Source of the DNA: Nanobdellati archaeon
GTDB taxonomy: Archaea > B1Sed10-29 > JAGVWA01
Direction: 5' to 3'
DNA length: 58,213 nucleotides
NCBI GenBank assembly: GCA_018304505.1
Contig: JAGVWA010000003.1
Location: 1-58,213, forward strand
Positions 56,290-58,213 of this stretch are shown here, in pieces (within the stretch, counting starts at the first letter, position 1; every line of letters starts with the position of its first letter). A program made the position numbers and the translations under genes. The notes beneath the pieces are model-generated. The model ran no database searches, was not told where the DNA came from, and worked only from the letters and a program-made list of their open reading frames with translations.

Positions 56290-56592
56290 TACATAAAACC
56301 AGGGTTCTTCGGCTTCGCCTTTCTTAATGTCTGCTAATTCAAGCTTTGTGGCCAATTCAAGATCACCCTTCGCCAGCTTCATATAGTGTTCCCAGATGTC
56401 GCGCTTCGCCTCTCTCGATTGCGTTACTGCATCCTTATTTGACTCACGGATTTCAAGCCGAAGCCCAGATATTAAGAGGTCTGACATGTTTTTATAATGC
56501 CCACTCTTAATCATCTTGTCCGCGTCTTTCTTCAACGCCACTGGAATTCTGACGGTGGCAGTCACAGTTGCCGCAGTTTTCCCATTCGCCAT
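56284..56592 (-). CDS. RHH (CopG/ParD-like) antitoxin, copy B
   Basis: VTATVRIPVALKKDADKMIKSGHYKNMSDLLISGLR. Confidence 0.8.
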   Translation of the reverse strand: MANGKTAATVTATVRIPVALKKDADKMIKSGHYKNMSDLLISGLRLEIRESNKDAVTQSREAKRDIWEHYMKLAKGDLELATKLELADIKKGEAEEPWFYVL

Positions 56593-56738
56593 GCTAATAC
56601 ACCTGTAATACAAGTGTATTTTGTCATATTTATAACTTTGCCCCAGCTTTGCCCGCACCTTGCCCCTGCCAACGCGGCGGGTTGAAATCCACTGAAATCG
56701 TTGAAATCATTATATACCCGCGTGACTTATGCTAAGGC

Positions 56739-57728
56739 ATGCATTTGCGGAAACTCCTGCCTGTGCTTGCGCTGGCTGCGTTTTTATACCTCACATTGCC
56801 CCTGATAGATGGAATCATGCTGGGCGTTGCCCTGGCGTACATCAGCAGGCCTGCCTATGACAAGCTAAAAACCAGTGCCGGCAAGACGTTTACAGCAGCG
56901 GCCTTGATGACCATCATTGTCCTGCTGACGATCGTCATCACGCTCTTCACCGTGTCCAGCATCTCGACCGAGGTGAGGAACCTGGCACAGGTCGACTTCT
57001 TCCAAACACAAGTAGTGCGGGACGCGCAGGTGTTCCTCGACGAGAATCCAGTGCTCTTGAGCTATGTGAATGCAGCAATCCAAAACATAGACAGCGCCAT
57101 ATCAAACAAGCTCACAAACATAATCAATGAGCTCTACACGTACCTTGTCGCCGCCTCGGGGATCTTCTTCACCATGTTCATGGCCATCATCACCGGCTTC
57201 TATGCCCTTAGGGATTACGACAAAATCGAAAACGGGGTCAAAAAACTCGCAGGCAGGGGAGACAAGAAGTTCAACCGGGTGGTACATAATATAGTGCAGC
57301 GCGTCGACGGCATCCTATACTTCATGTTCGTAGGCTCTGGCATTACAGCCATCATTGTCGGCGTTGTCGTGACACTCACACTGTGGCTAATGAACATCCC
57401 ATACGCCGCACTAATAGGAATCCTGTCAGCGATAATTCAATTCTTGCCGCTGATCGGGCCCCCGGTGGTACTGCTGCCCATTGTGGTGTTTTTCTGGGCA
57501 ACCGGCAGCCTGGCAAACGCGGCCATCATGCTCGCCGTCACTATAATATTGTCAACAGTCCCAGACACGTACCTCAAGCCGAAAATCATCAGCTACAAGA
57601 CCACGCTGCACCCGTTTTTCGTCATCATCGCGTTCCTCGGGGGCACATTACTGTTTGGGTTACGCGGCTTTGTCCTAGGCCCAATTATCACAGCCCTGTT
57701 CGTGGCCATTGCTGAAGAACACGAATAG
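56739..57728 (+). CDS. AI-2E (PerM) family transporter
   Basis: LAYISRP, FYALRD, LPLIGP, LKPKI, LHPF, GFVLGP. Confidence 0.92.
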   Translation: MHLRKLLPVLALAAFLYLTLPLIDGIMLGVALAYISRPAYDKLKTSAGKTFTAAALMTIIVLLTIVITLFTVSSISTEVRNLAQVDFFQTQVVRDAQVFLDENPVLLSYVNAAIQNIDSAISNKLTNIINELYTYLVAASGIFFTMFMAIITGFYALRDYDKIENGVKKLAGRGDKKFNRVVHNIVQRVDGILYFMFVGSGITAIIVGVVVTLTLWLMNIPYAALIGILSAIIQFLPLIGPPVVLLPIVVFFWATGSLANAAIMLAVTIILSTVPDTYLKPKIISYKTTLHPFFVIIAFLGGTLLFGLRGFVLGPIITALFVAIAEEHE

Positions 57729-57771
57729 AAAACCTCAAAAACCTTATAAACACACACTGATTTTGTAAAAC

Positions 57772-58213
57772 ATGGCAGCAGCAAAAGAGCTCCTAGACTG
57801 GATCCGGAAAAACCTTGACCAAGGTAAGGATCCAGACGTGATAATTCAGGAGCTCAAGGACACGGGTTATACTACAGAGCAGGTCATCGAGGCCTTTGAA
57901 CAAGTAACGCAAGAAGAAGGCGTAGAAGAGCCTGCTGCAGCGCCAGAAGAGGCACCGGAAATCGGGTTCGCTGAAGAAATCATTGCAGCAGAACCCCTGC
58001 CCCAAATGCCGCAAGCACAGGCAGGCGGAATGATGCCAAGCCCAATGTCATTTGAGCCGCAGCCCTTTGGCGGCGAAGAAACAACAGCAGGGGAAGGCGC
58101 GTCAACCATGACGTACCTCATCATTGCTGCTGCGGTAATCATCATCGGCGCTGCCTTGTGGTTCTTTTTCCTTCAGCCAAAACCCGCAGAAGTTGGGCCA
58201 ATAATTGAAGAGG
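57772..58213 (+). CDS. Membrane protein, partial (runs off the window)
   Basis: MAAAKELLDWIRKNLDQGKDPDVIIQELKDTGY, acidic/Pro linker, then TM; TATA-like box at about 57744. Confidence 0.75.
   Translation, partial: MAAAKELLDWIRKNLDQGKDPDVIIQELKDTGYTTEQVIEAFEQVTQEEGVEEPAAAPEEAPEIGFAEEIIAAEPLPQMPQAQAGGMMPSPMSFEPQPFGGEETTAGEGASTMTYLIIAAAVIIIGAALWFFFLQPKPAEVGPIIEE

Overview
Archaeal chromosomal window, most consistent with a DPANN-type lineage (inference from gene content and protein style). The housekeeping backbone includes two Cdc6/Orc1 genes, PolD DP1-DP2 (DP2 with a 187-aa mini-intein), Hel308, NucS, SepF, SecDF, uS15-eS1, Bud32, TrmI, archaeosine TGT, TyrRS, AsnRS, AlaX, NOG1, NAC, FKBP, psmB-aCPSF1, two DsbA, MscS, MgtE and an AI-2E transporter. 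Interspersed are five toxin-antitoxin-like modules, a Fic gene and an AlbA_2/RecG-like gene. Main observations: (1) eleven small orphan ORFs at five separate loci all begin Met-Trp, which no recognisable housekeeping gene here does, suggesting a shared N-terminal signal; (2) a tRNA-Gln(UUG) split by two non-canonical BHB introns, one 148 nt long; (3) an intein in the PolD active site ending in Arg rather than Asn/Gln; (4) a GT(A/G)GTGTAAGACG motif that brackets a divergent TA pair and is doubled in front of cdc6; (5) a 47-aa histone-H1-like protein absent from the ORF track. All protein calls come from motif recognition by eye; no database searches were run.
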